Origin: Conidiobolus incongruus B7586
Lineage: Eukaryota
NCBI GenBank assembly: GCA_000697335.1
Contig: JNEM01008454.1
Location: 1-34,944 of the forward strand
Reading direction: 5' to 3'
Length of the DNA: 34,944 bases
The notes under the pieces were generated by a model that searched no databases, was not told the DNA's origin, and was given only the letters and a program-made list of their open reading frames with translations. The number at the start of each line of letters is the position of its first letter. Position 1 is the stretch's first letter. Made by a program: the position numbers and the translations under genes. Positions 21,083 through 34,944 of this stretch are shown here, one piece after another.

Positions 21083-24000
21083 CTCAATTTCCTTCATGAA
21101 TATACGAATCATAAGTGAAAACCCATAATTTGTCCTATGCAAATACCAATAATTAGCATTTATGGAATTCTAATGACTACAAAGTTCACACCTATCCATT
21201 CATCCAACTTTCACTAATCATCACACTAACAACTATTAAAACAAGCACCTAAATACATACACATCATGCAACACAATTTATTTTAAATTGATTTCCGTTA
21301 TATATCCTTTTTACTTTAATAATTTACTATTCCATCTATATCCCATAAATTTTAATATTTAATCATCATCAGTATTCGATTCACGTGGCTATTCCAACCA
21401 AATAAAAACAATCCATTACAAATATCAGATATAACTAAATTTAGTAATTCAAATATAGATCAATTAATTTGAATTTACTTTTTAATATAATTCAATAGTA
21501 TGAAAAATTATGATTATTTTTATAATATAACGTATTTACTTCAAAAAAGGTATAAAACATTTCATATTGATAATAGAGTACACTTTTTTCGCCTAATTAT
21601 TTTATTAATAAAATTCTGATTCCAATATGATTTGATAATTTCTTATCAAAGAAATTTATTAGAATAAGCATGATAAAAATATTATAAAATTTTGTCAAAT
21701 TTAAATATTACCAATATATTATCAACATCAAAATTGTATGTATATTATAAATTATTTGCAACATTGCATCAAAACGGATCATAAAAACATATTAAATATA
21801 ATCAAGTAATGGTAAATAAATTATATTTTAAAATATGTTTGTATTTATTATCATCTTCATTCTATTATTTAATGATCAAAATATAAGTTATTATTAACAA
21901 CCTCCAAATTATATATGTAATAAATGTAAGTAGATTGGAATACTAAGGTTTAAATATTTGATATATATTCTTCAGAGCATATATTAAATTAAATCATTTC
22001 ACTTTATTTTTAAAATAATTCAGTTTGATAGAATTGAATTTAAATCTAATTTATTAATATACTTAATTCTTTTTAAATTGATCATGTTAATATAGTAATA
22101 TTTTTCAATATTAGATCCATAAAATACTACATTTATCAAATATATAAATATATTTGAATAAAACGATTATATAATTAATATATAATATTTGTATATATTT
22201 GATTAAAATATATTTCAAATATTTTTACTATCGATATAGTTGATCGAATACATAAAATATTTCTGTATGATATAACAATATAAATATTAATAATTATATA
22301 AATTATATCTAATTTGATTGTCATATTTAAGCTAATATTTATTGATTATAGTCTATTTAAATCAAATACAATCTATATTCAATTTTTGATTAATTTATAT
22401 AGTATAATACGAATATTCAACTTTGAAAATATTTTACAAAAATAGGATTGTTACTATTGACAATTAATTTTCATATAGTATATGGAAAATTACTAAAATA
22501 ATTTTAAAATATACTTCACCAAAATGTTTTTTTTTGAACACATGCAATATTAATATTATATATCTTGCATATTTGAAAAAATTCACATAAATAGTCAGGT
22601 TAAAATAAATATATTTGATAAAAGTCAACAAAAATAAAAATACCATGTGTAAAATTATTGTTTAAATTTATATATAAATAATATTAAGCTATATACTTTC
22701 TAATAAATAAAATATTTTGAAAATATAATATTTGGTCAATTTATCATAGTAACAGAATTCTATTTTAATTTCTATGATTATCATTCATTATTATATAAAA
22801 ATTTTCAAAAGAGTTTTAAATTTGAAAATTTTATATTGGAAATATAAATCAAGCTACAATTTTGGCCATTATTAATAATGTACATTTTGTATTTATAATA
22901 ATAAAATATAATACTTATTACTAACTTTCTAAACTACTAATATAAAAGATTTAAATTATATATTAGAACATTAGTATTTTTGGATTAAATATAAAAATAG
23001 GTAATTTAATATTAATTTTATTTGCAAGAGTTATATTGAAATATATATACTTTCAAACATCAATTGACTTAAATAACATACAAATTTCAAAACAAAATTC
23101 CACAGTGTACTATAAAATAACATTCAACATTATCAGGGAATATATTCAAAAATAAATCTATGAATAGTTATTGTAAAAGTCATGGATTATAACTTGATAT
23201 ATTATAGTTATATAACAAATATATATATCTTAATAATATCCTAATAATATATTACACATCAAATGCAAAATACCTATAAATCTATATGAATTTTAATCTT
23301 CAATATAGTTATAGAAAATATAAAATATTTGGTTTTTCAAATTAACAGAAATAAACTATCACATTATATTGAAGTATGGTCTTTATATATCAAATATTTT
23401 TTAACTTAATATTGTCAATAGTTTGAAATAGTATTAAAGATCAGTAATATAATATTGGAATCAAATTAAAACAAATATAATATATTGGAACGAATTTAAT
23501 AAAATCATTAACAATATTTCGAAGCCCAATATAATAAAACTTTAGTTCTATATAAATCCATTTTATAGACTTTTTGCAGCTTGGATCGTATTAAAATATC
23601 ACTATTGATTTATATTCTATTGAGCCGTTTAAATTAACAACTCAAAATTCCCAAAATTTTCATTTTCCAAATTTATCCAAAGTTTATTCATTGATTAATT
23701 CAAAATTGTATATCTTAATATCTATACAATATATTTCATTGATTACAGATAAAAAGATAATTGGTTATTACATTATATACCTATAATTACAGTATCATTA
23801 TGTAAATATTTTAGCGCAATACGCTACAATGATTCATCATTAATTAAAAGATCACAATAAATCCAAGGTAGTTTTAAGATTGATTATTAAATACTAAAAT
23901 TATATCACTTAATTTATTACTCGTTGGGTAATCGTGATATAGAAAAAGGGTTAAGCAATACATTGTATAGTAGAAATTATCAGGTTTTCTAGATATTTAA

Positions 24001-24899
24001 TCCTGATTAATCCAATAACAATAACAAAAACACTTTCAAACTAAAATGGATTGATTGTAAAAAATGAATATATATATATATATAGTTTTATATTTTATTA
24101 TATCATTTACCTTATTAATGTGAAATAATCAAAATATTTAATTCTTTAAAATTTAATAAAAAGAATAAGATATTCTGATTCAATGATCATTTTATTTTGT
24201 ATATAAGATCGCATATACCATTAATTTATAACTAAAATTTCATTGAAAATTTACTTAAAGATATTATATTTTCATATCTTATTATCATAACTATTTTCAT
24301 CAAAAACATTGCACAATAACAAACAGGTAAGTTTAAAACAATTTCATTTGCATAAATTAAAACAACATTATATAAAATATTACCCATTTAACTATATTGA
24401 TTTTTTACCATTGTTTGCACGCTGTTTAATATTTTAATCAGTCAATATCTCAGGTTAAAAATTTATTTATTTTAGTTTGAATATAATAAAATATTATGTT
24501 GTATTTTATTAGATACAGATATTAATGCAGAATTTTTAAAATGTATCAGATGATTCAGGTTAGTTTCATAATATGATTTATCACTAAGAATGGAGAATCA
24601 GCTTTAACCAATCAATCAATATAATGTACAAATTAACAAACAATAATAAGAATTTAGTCAATCAAGTAATCAATTCATTTCACAAATATAATATTATCAT
24701 TCACTATTTCACATTGATCTTGTTGATTTAGTTACAAATTTAAGATTATTCAATACTATTCAATATTTGTTTTTTATTCATATATTCATAATTACATCCT
24801 TATAATATTGTAATATTTACCTTAACTAGACAAGTGAATATATTTACTAAATCGTCATATTTTAATTACAAGTCCTAATTCTTTAATTACTTTAATAAT

Positions 24900-27800
24900 A
24901 TGGATGCAGATGCGCTTATCCATTCTTTAATAGCAAGATTAGGAAATAAATTATCTCATAGCGCAGGTGCTCGACTTGAGACCATTGAAGCCAATCCATT
25001 AGTTCAGCAAACCGTCAGATCCTTAATAGATCTTTCACAATATAAAATCGATGTAACGGTCTCAACTTTATTAAGATTGTTAGATACTGGTGCCAAAGTA
25101 AATTATACAATATTTATTCCAGGCTAATTAAATGACATTTATTTGAATTACAATTTAGATATTTTCCTCCGCTAATGATGATAACCATTTACCTGAACTT
25201 CATTATTCTCATTTATTTCTTTTAAGGGTAATTGCTGCTTGTTTAAATCGTCATTGGAATTTCTGCCGTGACTCTCATTATTCTAATCTTACACCGAGGA
25301 GTTCCACTATTTTTGTCAGAGATGCGGATAGAAACTCTATAGATAGCGGAGGTGATAATTATAAAGTTAAAAGTGGTGGAGAAAATGGTTTGAATCCGGG
25401 AAATCGATCAACTAGATCTTCACAAATCTCACAAGATATACTTAGCCAAGTTGATGATGACCCACCACCGCTTCCTGACAATATTAGTGTTTATATGATG
25501 AAGATTATTTTTCAACTTTTCAGTCAAACCGCCCCTGGTGAATTGGGTGAATCTTCCATTAGCACTGAGTCGCATTCCAAACACCATTCTACCGCCTCTC
25601 CTAATGGAACTGGTAAATCGGACTCTAAAAATACACTTAGAAGTTTTTCAAGAGCAAATGCTGACTTAAAATCTGGGATCCAACAAGCTGCAGGACAAAT
25701 TTTGTTCTATTTAAGTGCATCGAATTGGTCAATTGTTTTCCAGCGTTTGAGCATGAGGATGTCTATTTTAGCTAATACTAACGATGAAAACATGGAACTT
25801 GGAGATTTGAGATACCTTGAATGGTGTAATTTGAATGAAAAGAGATTATCAATGATTTTTCAAGAATTAAACGTGGTATTCTTGCAATTCAAAAGATCCA
25901 CGCAATTTTCAATGGCCATCGTTTTAAGAAAGACTATTTGGAATTGGATTGAGGTACGACCTATGAGGTTTATTGAGTTATGCAGATCACATAAGAGATT
26001 GGAGGGTGGTCCAGAAATATTGTTCGATATATGCAACTCGCTTTCCGATAATGCAAGAAGAAAAGCAGTGTTTTGGCCTTTACAAGTCATGCTATTAATA
26101 TTGTGTCCCGATATTCTTACTACCGTTATTCGTGGAGAAGGAAACGCTTCTAAAAAGGTTTAGTCAAGATATCTCAGTTATTTAATTTGAATAAGCTAAT
26201 AACATTTTTTAGGTTCAATTCTTTGATTCTTTAAGGAAAGCTCTTAAAAGTAGTAGACTTGCAGAAGTTGCTGCTATTGCTTATGTCGATATCTGTAAGT
26301 CCTGTACCTATGTTTATGATCTTGAAACAGCTGCATTAAAACAAATTATTCCTGAAATTGAATCTGAATTAAAGGTATTACTCACATTTAATCTCGTCTG
26401 CTTAATTTATATTTATTATATTTAGGAAAAACTATTTGATCCTCTTAAACCATTTTTAAATGCTGATGGTGTGATTGATCAAAAGCTAATGACCGATTGT
26501 TTAACCGCTTTTTTCAAATTAAATGTCGGAAATGCAATGCAATCTTTGATCCCGATTTGCTTAAAAGAGAGTTCTCCTATGGCTTTTCGTTTAGTGCTAG
26601 TAAAAAGTTGTTATAATATTGCTTCCGATGAGGAAGTGAGTAAAAACCCAGCTATTGCACCAATGTATTCCAACCTTGCTGGGCCATTAAGGCAGCTATT
26701 TATGGTAAGTTGGAAATCCTTTTTATATTAGACCTTTTCTAATTTCAATTATTATTTAGAGTAATTTATGCCTTGATAGAACCGAATTCCGTAAAATTAC
26801 CAATATAATGGATAAAAAAGCGAAAAAAATTCAGCAAATCAAAATTGAGGAAACCAATGAAAAGCTTGAAATCCTCATGAATGTGTTGAGAGTTTATCGA
26901 TCTGATCCAATGCTAGCCATTATGGTATATATTAATTGTAATTCATTTATTCATTTTCTAATTATCATTGTTTTAGGGGCATTCTCCTGAAACACAGCAT
27001 AAGGAAAACTTCCAGTTAATACATAATATTACAATGTGTCTGAAGGATCCAAACTTGGTTATTCGTACATGTGCGGCTGAAGCACTATTAGTTCTTCATG
27101 ATCCCAACTTGATCTCTAAATGGGGCCCTGAATCCACGATGATTGAATCGTTTTGGAGCATTAGCTCGACTGTTTTAATTGATATCTCAAGACAGATTTT
27201 AGATTATAAGGAGCGTGATGAAGGAATTCGATATTTTGCTGAAGTTCTGCTTCAATTGCTTATTAGAAGAATTGAATTTTTACAGCTCCACAAAGTAACT
27301 CATTTTCATAATATTGATTTTTTCTTGTTAATTTAGGTTTGTAGGATGAAATTTATAAAGGATTGAATATTAAAGAGAGAGCAACCTCTCTTGTTGCTGT
27401 TGAAATTGCACTTCTGGTCTTATTATGCTCTCCTGACGCTGAAATATGTACGATGGCTACTAATAGCTTTGGTCAATTATGTATTGAATGTACATTAACC
27501 CAACAATATATCGATACTAATTCAAGCTCGGTTACTTTTGCTGATAATCTCGAGGTTTATAGAGAATTAGTACATGCAGGTGTGCTAATTACTGGTAATT
27601 TATCTTGTCATGTTTACATTGATAACTCTAATTGATCAAAAACTTTAGGCAAAGTGGCACAACAAAAAAGTATTAGAAAAACTCTAAGACTTATCCAGAA
27701 ACAGACGCCTGGTAATTTGGCTGCGTGGGAAGAAGTATACAAACGATGGAAAGCCTTAAAATCAATTGCAACCAGATCACCTGAGGAAGCTCCTGTTGAT

Positions 27801-30800
27801 TTTTTTGAGCCTATTGCTAAAAAAAAGAATAATTTTTTTAAATCTAATCATACTCTAACTCAAGGCAGCACAGTTGTTCAACAGGATAATCGCGAAGAAC
27901 TAGTTGAATGGCAGAATTATACCGGATTTTTATGTTCTTTGGGTGGTTGCTGTGCTATTGATGACGCCAAAAATACAAGTCATGATTCCAATAGAGATCC
28001 AAATTCACAGGATACCATGAAATCAAAACAAATTGGAAACGATTCTAGCTCAATGGTAAATCGATTTATTTCCGAAATGGTTGAATTATTGCTATGTGAT
28101 AACGCTCTTGCTCGTGAAACTGTGAAAGAGCTTTTGGGCTCTGAGCTCAGTCCCATTTTATATGGTGCCCTATTCCGTCATTTGGAAGAAATCATCAGCA
28201 AGTTCTTCGGAAGCGAAGGAGAAGTAATATGTAATAATAATTATACAATGTTTGTAGAGCAGGCTATTTCGGTCCTCAAGCTGATTTTGGATAGATTACA
28301 AGATAATGCAGAATATCTTTTTACGGTTGATTTAGATATGGGCAACCTGCTTTTATCATTTGCTCGTTACCTGCACAATCTTGGAACTGGTAGCACCTCA
28401 TTGAGGGTCAAAGTGAAAATGTGTCAGTTAACTGAAGTTCTAATGCAAAAAAGAGAAATAGTTAGCTTGAGACAAGAGTTTCAGTTCAGAAATAAGATGC
28501 TAAGAATTTTATCTGAATGGACCTCTGACTTTAACTCCAATACCAGTAACCCCCAATACGACGAGCAGAGCGAAAAATTACATCGAGATCTTGATTTGTC
28601 ATGTATGAAAACAGTGGTGCTATTACTTGATGGATTGCCTTTACAACCAGAAGACACTAAAAATGAAGTTGATCGCCAACAAGCTAAGTCACGATTGTTT
28701 TATACTTACTTTTCTAATTTCTTGAAGCTACTGAACCGTTGCAGAGTTTTGGAGTCTTTAGAAACTGGCGCACACTCACTTTCAGAAAATGCAGATGTGC
28801 AAATGCTAATTTCAAAATCCAAAGAATCATTTAAAGATCTAGGCCCATTGAAGGATTACACTATTTTAGCTCTCTCCAACCTATTGAGCGCTAATATCGA
28901 ATCAGGATTGAAATACTCGCTATCCATGGGTTATCATGAAGATACCAAGACTCGTTCTGCATTCATGCAAGTATTGACTAATATTCTTAAGCAAGGAACC
29001 GAATTCGAAAGCTTAGCTGAAAGTTCTGTAAATGACAGATTTAAAAAAATCATTGCTGTATTGTGTGATCCTAGTCTTAGCATTACAACTTCGCTTTGCG
29101 ACGTATGCCCTGTTCAAGATGTTGATGATTTGGGAACCGTACTTTTAAATGTATTTGATTCTTGTAATATGACTGCCCCATTGCTCAAAGCAGTAATTGA
29201 ACGCGAAATTGCAAAAACTGAATCTTCTCCTGAATTGTTCCGTAGAAATTCAATGGCTACACGTTTGTTAGCATCGTTTGCTAAGCTGTACGGTGATGAA
29301 TACCTCAGAGTGACCCTCCAGCCTTTGTTAATTGAGATGACCACTACTAAAAAATCCTACGAAGTTGATCCTTCGAAATTAGGCCCTTCAAGCGATGCAG
29401 AAGCAAATCTCCAAAACTTGAAAGATATGTGCCAGAAATTTCTGGATTCCATTATTGAATCCACTAATTTAATGCCTGCTTCGTTGCGGGAAATATGCAA
29501 CTATCTTGCAACAGTCGTTGTTAAGAAATTTCCTGAAGCTAGCACCACGTCCGTTGGAGGTTTGATTTATCTTCGATTCTTTTGTCCCGCATTGGTTGCA
29601 CCCGATATCCATGGGCTGGTTGATATGATCACGGATAAAGAGGTTCGCAGAGGATTGTTACTGATCACTAAAGTGATCCAGAACTTAGCTAATAACGTTT
29701 TATTTGGAGCCAAGGAGGCTTTCATGATTTCATTGAACGATCTTTTGAATTCATACATTCCGAAAGTGACCAAATATCTGGAGGATATTTCTGCTCCTTT
29801 ACCTATTAACACTAATGTGGTTGGCGGACTAGTGTCGAAACTAAGCGAGACTGACTTGAACAAATTACATCATTATTTAGTTGATAATATTGAACGCATT
29901 GGAAGAGATATTGCCACTCGTAAATCGCACTCTCCTTATCCACTCACACAACCTATCGATCAGCCTGCTGAAATCGAAAAATGTCGAGCTTCTGCCAAAG
30001 TATTCTACTATAAAATGTCCACGCTTCTTGCTCAACTAGGTCCTCCTGTCGATCTTAAGAAGAAACGTGAAATGATGGGTATCAACTCCAAGAATGCCAA
30101 TACTAATGAAGCATTCAGAGCATTCATGGATAAGCATAGATATCGCAATATTAATCCGATCAAAGATAAAAAGATTTTCTATGAAGGAGGCTATACTCGA
30201 GAGGGACGACCACTTTTCTATTACATCGCTCGAAGGATGATCACTGAAAGTTTAGATATTGAATCTGTAATGGTTTATATATTGCAAGTAAGTTATATTA
30301 TAAATGTTTTTTCTAGGATATTATTATAATTTTCAATTCTAGGTACTGGAGCCTTATATTCATAAACCTTTTGACGTGTTTGTTGATATCACACAGTTTG
30401 GTCCAAACAATGAAGTTCCACTCCAATTTTTAAATCAATTCTTATCAATCATTCCAGCTGAAGCTTATTCTAACTTAGGCTATCTTTATTTATATAATGT
30501 GAATACCTATTTCCAAAAGTACACCAAGCAAATTGGAAAAACTGTCCCCCATAAGATGATCAAAAAGTTCATATTCCCAACCAATCTCAACGAAGTCTAC
30601 GAAATAGTATCACATTCTGAATGTAGACTACCTAAAGCAACAAGTATTTGATTTTTTGGTTAACGTTTTTATTTACTAACTTGTTTCTAGTTGCTCTTGA
30701 AACCGATAAAGGTGTTATCTTCTCTCCTGTAACTTGCATTATTCAGAACAAAATCCAGCTGCCATCAATCATTAAAGTGTATCACGAGACGATTCAAATC

Positions 30801-33484
30801 ACTATGGTAATATTTTTTATTTTATCTGTTATTTTCTCATACTGAGTTTTTTCTAGTTAAAAAAACAAGAGATATTTGGATTAAGTGCCTACTTTAATGA
30901 TGTTTATCATATTTCTGAAATTGATGAAGCAAGCATTGGTTCATATAAAGATGAACACTGCCTTATTTTGAAATACGAAAGAGGTGCCTCCAGTATGTCT
31001 TTTATGTGTTCCAAAGTTGATCTTATTTGCAAGGTAATTTTGAATTCATTGATCATTTAATTAATGACTAATTTGAATGCTAGGCAATTCGCAATGCAAA
31101 GGCACGTTATCAATTATCCAAGCCCAATAACGTAATGGAGCGTGTTATCAGACCCGATAATGTTCCTGGTACCTTATTAAACATGGCACTCCTCAATTCT
31201 GGAAGCGAAGATAGCAATCTGAGATTAGCATCTTATAATATGCTTTTTGCTTTAACAGCCACTTTTAATTTTGATGCTGGAAACCAGTTATTAATCGCTA
31301 AAGGTTAGTACCATCTTAATCCTTTCTACTTGCTCATCTAATGATTATTTTTCAGATTTATGCATTCCATCTAATAATACCAGTTTTGTAATGAAAATTA
31401 GTGAGCGTTTGGCTGCAACAGAGCCTCAGCTTACGTTTGAATTTCTGAGTGAATGTTTTGTTGGTTTTAAAAACTCAACTACTAATTTGAAACACTTGTG
31501 TTTGGAATACATGGCTCCATGGCTCTCTAATTTGACCTATCTTAGTCGCAGTATTGATCAAGATGGCAAGGGCTCCCAAGCTAAGACTAAACAGTTGCTT
31601 ACAATGATGTTTGATCTCACTGTTAAAGAAGTGGATATGGCACCTTCAATCCAATCAAAGATCTGGAGAACTATAGCTCAAGTTGACGATTTAATTGATT
31701 TAGTCTTGGACACTATTGTGCTTTATGCTGTAGAACATGGTGTTGGCTCTGTCCAAGCCGAAACTTTAGCCGATACTATAGTAACTCTCTCTGCCGTTAA
31801 TGTTAGAGCAGGAAAATTGATCTCTCGCCTCAGAAAACTCATTTCAAAAACGGCAGTTGTACCAAAAAGAAATTTAACTGATCATGCATCTTGGCCTGAA
31901 GTTGCTGTGCTAGTTAGATTCAATCTTATGCTTTCTTTCAACAACAGGTTCATTGCACAACATTACCTCCCCGAGCTATTCCATATCATTTCGATCTTAG
32001 TTGCTACAGATCATCCTATCATCAGAACTTCCATTCACGGTCTTGTTATCAATGTGATTCAGTCATTATGTACTTGTCTTCCTCCTAACAGCCCTAATTT
32101 GAAGACACTCAGCATCTTGCTTGCAGAGTTTTCTGAACCCAAGTTCCGTTTGTTGTTTGGATTAAATCGAAACATGGTCAATGCCGTTCCACGCAATAAC
32201 GATAACTCCATTGACACACACGATATTATGCCTTTGAATTCGCTTGAAACCATCGTCCATACTCTCCTTGATGTAATGAGCTATGGTTCCACTTCAATTG
32301 ATCAATCAAATATCTGGCGAGCTAGATGGATGAGTTTGGTAACAAGCACCGCTTTCCAATTCAACCCTGCAGTTCAGCCCAGGGCGTTTATTGTTTTAGG
32401 ATGCTTAGCCAGAGGGGAAGTAGATGATGACCTCTTATACCAGATTCTAATTGCTCTTCGAGGAGCATTAGAATTATTTGATGATTCTGACTGCAGTTTA
32501 ATTGTTAGTATTGTTTTGTGTCTCTCAAATATTGCTGAAAACCTGCCCGGAGATTCAATTTATCTTCAACCAATGTTTTGGCTTGGAACCGCATTTATTC
32601 AGATTGGTCACAGACCTTTGTTCCCTTCTGCAATTGGCTTGATTGAGGTCGTGATCAACAAGATGAGATCTCATGGGTTGTTTACCAATAATGAACTTGG
32701 TGCTGTATTGATGAAAGCACGCGAACCATTCCATCAGGTTTCTGATCAACTCGATTCTTGTACTGGTGTCAAGTTTGCTGTCGATTTTCCTTTCGCACTG
32801 TCTACTTTGTTGCTTAAGGGCTTAAAACATTCCTCCACAAAGACTGCTACCCAAAATGTATTTACAACATTACTCGATATTTCTACCAAGAGTTCCCCTC
32901 GTCAAAGTCACATGTCTCCTCAAGTTTTAGGCTTCCTGTCGCCAATGCTGCCTACAGCTGCTAAGAACTTAGAACTTAAAGAGCTTTTACAGTCTGTTGG
33001 CCTTGACGATATTCCTGTCGATAATTCAGAGTTAACTCGAACTTACCATAAAATATTCGATCGCCTGGGCGTCGCTGATCGCACCAAAGCCTTATTATTG
33101 GTTTCTCAAATGGTTGGAATATTACAGCATGCTGAGTTTGAAGCTGAAATATTGTTTTTATATGGATTCTTTGCCGAAGTAGCTCAAACTGTACCTGATA
33201 TTTTTGTCATGGTTCAAGATCGACTTGTCCCTAAGATGAATCAAGTTTTAAATAGCAACCAAACTGCCGCCATCATAGATGCTGTCCAATCTATCCTTTA
33301 TACAGTCATTTCTAATCCTTATTTCCAGACTCGAGCCGCTAAGCCTAGAAATGTTTCCAATATTTTGACTGAACTTGGATTCTCCACTCTTCTAGACTGT
33401 GCCACTTGGCCAGATTATCCCAAAGACAAACTTTTACGAAATGCTAAACTTGTCAGTATGCTTGTAGAAAGTATTGTAGGTTAA
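24900..33484 (+). CDS. NF1: Neurofibromin/IRA-family Ras GTPase-activating protein, about 2650 aa. Thirteen exons: 24900-25097, 25159-26157, 26213-26374, 26426-26704, 26760-26924, 26977-27294, 27345-27594, 27649-30287, 30343-30643, 30691-30806, 30857-31033, 31084-31303, 31356-33484
   Basis: All 12 introns are GT-AG (47-61 nt), and the total CDS of 7953 nt is in frame. NF1/Ira motifs: FWPLQVMLLILCPD, EWQNYTGFLCSLGG, ALSNLLSANIESGL, GYHEDTKTRSAFMQVLTNIL, arginine finger LFRRNSMATR, YLRFFCPALVAP, KVIQNLAN, Sec14-PH region (IFYEGG...), IRPDNVPGTLLNMALLN, KHLCLEYMAPWLSNL, FQFNPAVQPRAFIVLGCL. Confidence 0.95.
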
Positions 33485-34944
33485 TATATTTCACTAGATT
33501 TTAATAAGTTCATTTACTAGATTTTTCATTCCCATACTCATCAGTTGAATTCATACACACTGTTAATAATTTCTATCTTTAATCTTCCTAATACATCTAA
33601 TATCTTCTTAATGTATCACTTTAATAAAATTATGTTAATATTTAATTTATATTGAATATTCCCATTAGAATTTGATGAAAAGTATCAATTATCCTTGCAA
33701 ATAGCAATCCATTCAATGATTTGAATATGAAAGATTTTCATTGATGGTATTAACATCAAATCATAAATCCGAATAATGTCACTCTCTCTTCCTTATACTA
33801 TGCTATAACTGAGTAAATACAATAAAATTTATCTATAATTAACTATCAGAACAAATATTAAAATGCTTTAAGCCAATAACATCACAAAATTTGCAAATGA
33901 AATTGTCATATTCTGTTTCCTTGTATAAACTTGAACAAGAAACCAGTACCGGGAACCATCACAAGGATACACCATTGCACAGCCACACCTCCACAAACTC
34001 TTAAAGTACCTTTAAATACACCAGTAGCTTCTAGGATGGAGGCTTGATTTTTGGTGTCCATTCAACATTACACTTCTACCGCCAAGTATCCTCTTCTGCA
34101 TCCTTCACTTCCAAAGAGTAACACTTCTACTTTAGTGTTACTAAAATCAAACATTAACTTATTACCAATTATATTTTCCAACGTACTTATTTCAATTATA
34201 AAATCAATTCTACTACAATTTATTTATTTTTTTATTCATTACTAGATAATTTTTATTACATGGCTCTCATTCATTCTAATTTGCCCAATTTGCAATTAAT
34301 TCCATATAATGAACCTAATCAGATAGCCATCGTGACCCAACTGGTCCTCTTGGCCCCTAGAGTTGTAGATCACATAGTCACTTATATCTCTGACCATTGT
34401 AGCGAAATGTTAGAGCTGACATTAATACCCTTAGCTAATCTTTTACAGAAATTTTAAAGTCAAGCACCTGAAATATTTCAAATTATTTGATATTTTATGT
34501 AAATAGCTTCAATAGTTTTTTATATTACTTTAATTATTACTCTAGATATTATTAAATGCTATTATTTTTAAATTTAAAGTAAATAAACATTTTAATATAT
34601 AATATACAAAAATAAAAATTTAATTTAAAATCAATACTTACATTTAATTTTAATAACTTATTAATTTTTTTAATAAGCTTTTAATGCTTGAAAAACAATT
34701 CTTTATATTAAAAACCAAAATTTGATGTTTTATAAACTAATCAAACTTATTTATAAGAATTTCCTTTTTATAGGTTAATTTTTAAATACTTATTATAAAA
34801 ATAAATATTGAAATTATTATCTAATAAATATATAAAATATAATAACAACCTTATAATATTTAAATTAAAAAAATTTTATAATATAATATACTTTAAATTT
34901 ATTATAATAACTAATAGGTGTTATTAAATTATATTAATAATTTT

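Noticed and set aside
21400..24850. 3.5-kb extremely AT-rich intergenic tract with ORF 22464-22646, a short imperfect tandem duplication (about 23446-23505) and a TAGCG-N5-CGCTA hairpin (about 23812-23826)
   Set aside because: The ORF is F/I/L/K/Y compositional noise. The repeat and hairpin are within chance for this composition, and I could not read any TE motif, although old relics cannot be excluded.
15828..27344. AG-GT-N4-AG tandem acceptors 8 nt apart in DCN1 intron 3 (15830/15838) and NF1-like intron 6 (27336/27344), as possible recursive or regulated splice sites
   Set aside because: The proximal AG would give 41-42 nt introns, below the local range, and a frameshift. Only the distal AG restores conserved sequence, and two cases are compatible with chance.
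1..34944. tRNA, rRNA, snoRNA, riboswitch or CRISPR features
   Set aside because: I recognised no cloverleaf, rRNA-like tract, convincing C/D or H/ACA box pair, TPP aptamer or repeat-spacer array by eye. An Infernal or tRNAscan run would be needed to exclude small RNAs.

Overview
This is a eukaryotic nuclear locus, very AT-rich and with short introns. An early-diverging fungus such as a Conidiobolus/Entomophthoromycotina-like genome is likely; that is inferred from composition, 47-64 nt GT-AG introns and gene content. The ORF track fragments the genes, so exon structures were rebuilt by hand and checked for reading-frame continuity. In order, the window holds: the 3' end of an unknown 2-TM protein gene; a tyrosinase-like pseudogene; NOG2; mitochondrial threonyl-tRNA synthetase; a divergent CUL4-like cullin with one in-frame TAA; a 1.3-kb mariner transposon fossil invisible to the ORF track; MED17; DCN1; a mitochondrial TypA/BipA GTPase; cytochrome c; and a 13-exon neurofibromin/IRA RasGAP. 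Main observations: (1) the mariner fossil is mutated mostly by C>T/G>A changes, often CpA>TpA, a RIP-like pattern in an apparently non-Dikarya fungus; (2) the cullin stop lies about 0.94 kb from the transposon, inside a possible 45-nt in-frame GT-AG intron; (3) an oriented TCCCATAA motif precedes most housekeeping genes, with a shared 18-mer upstream of DCN1 and TypA; (4) the mitochondrial ThrRS keeps an editing domain that appears catalytically dead; (5) cytochrome c intron 1 is a long, GC-rich outlier with a second branchpoint motif.
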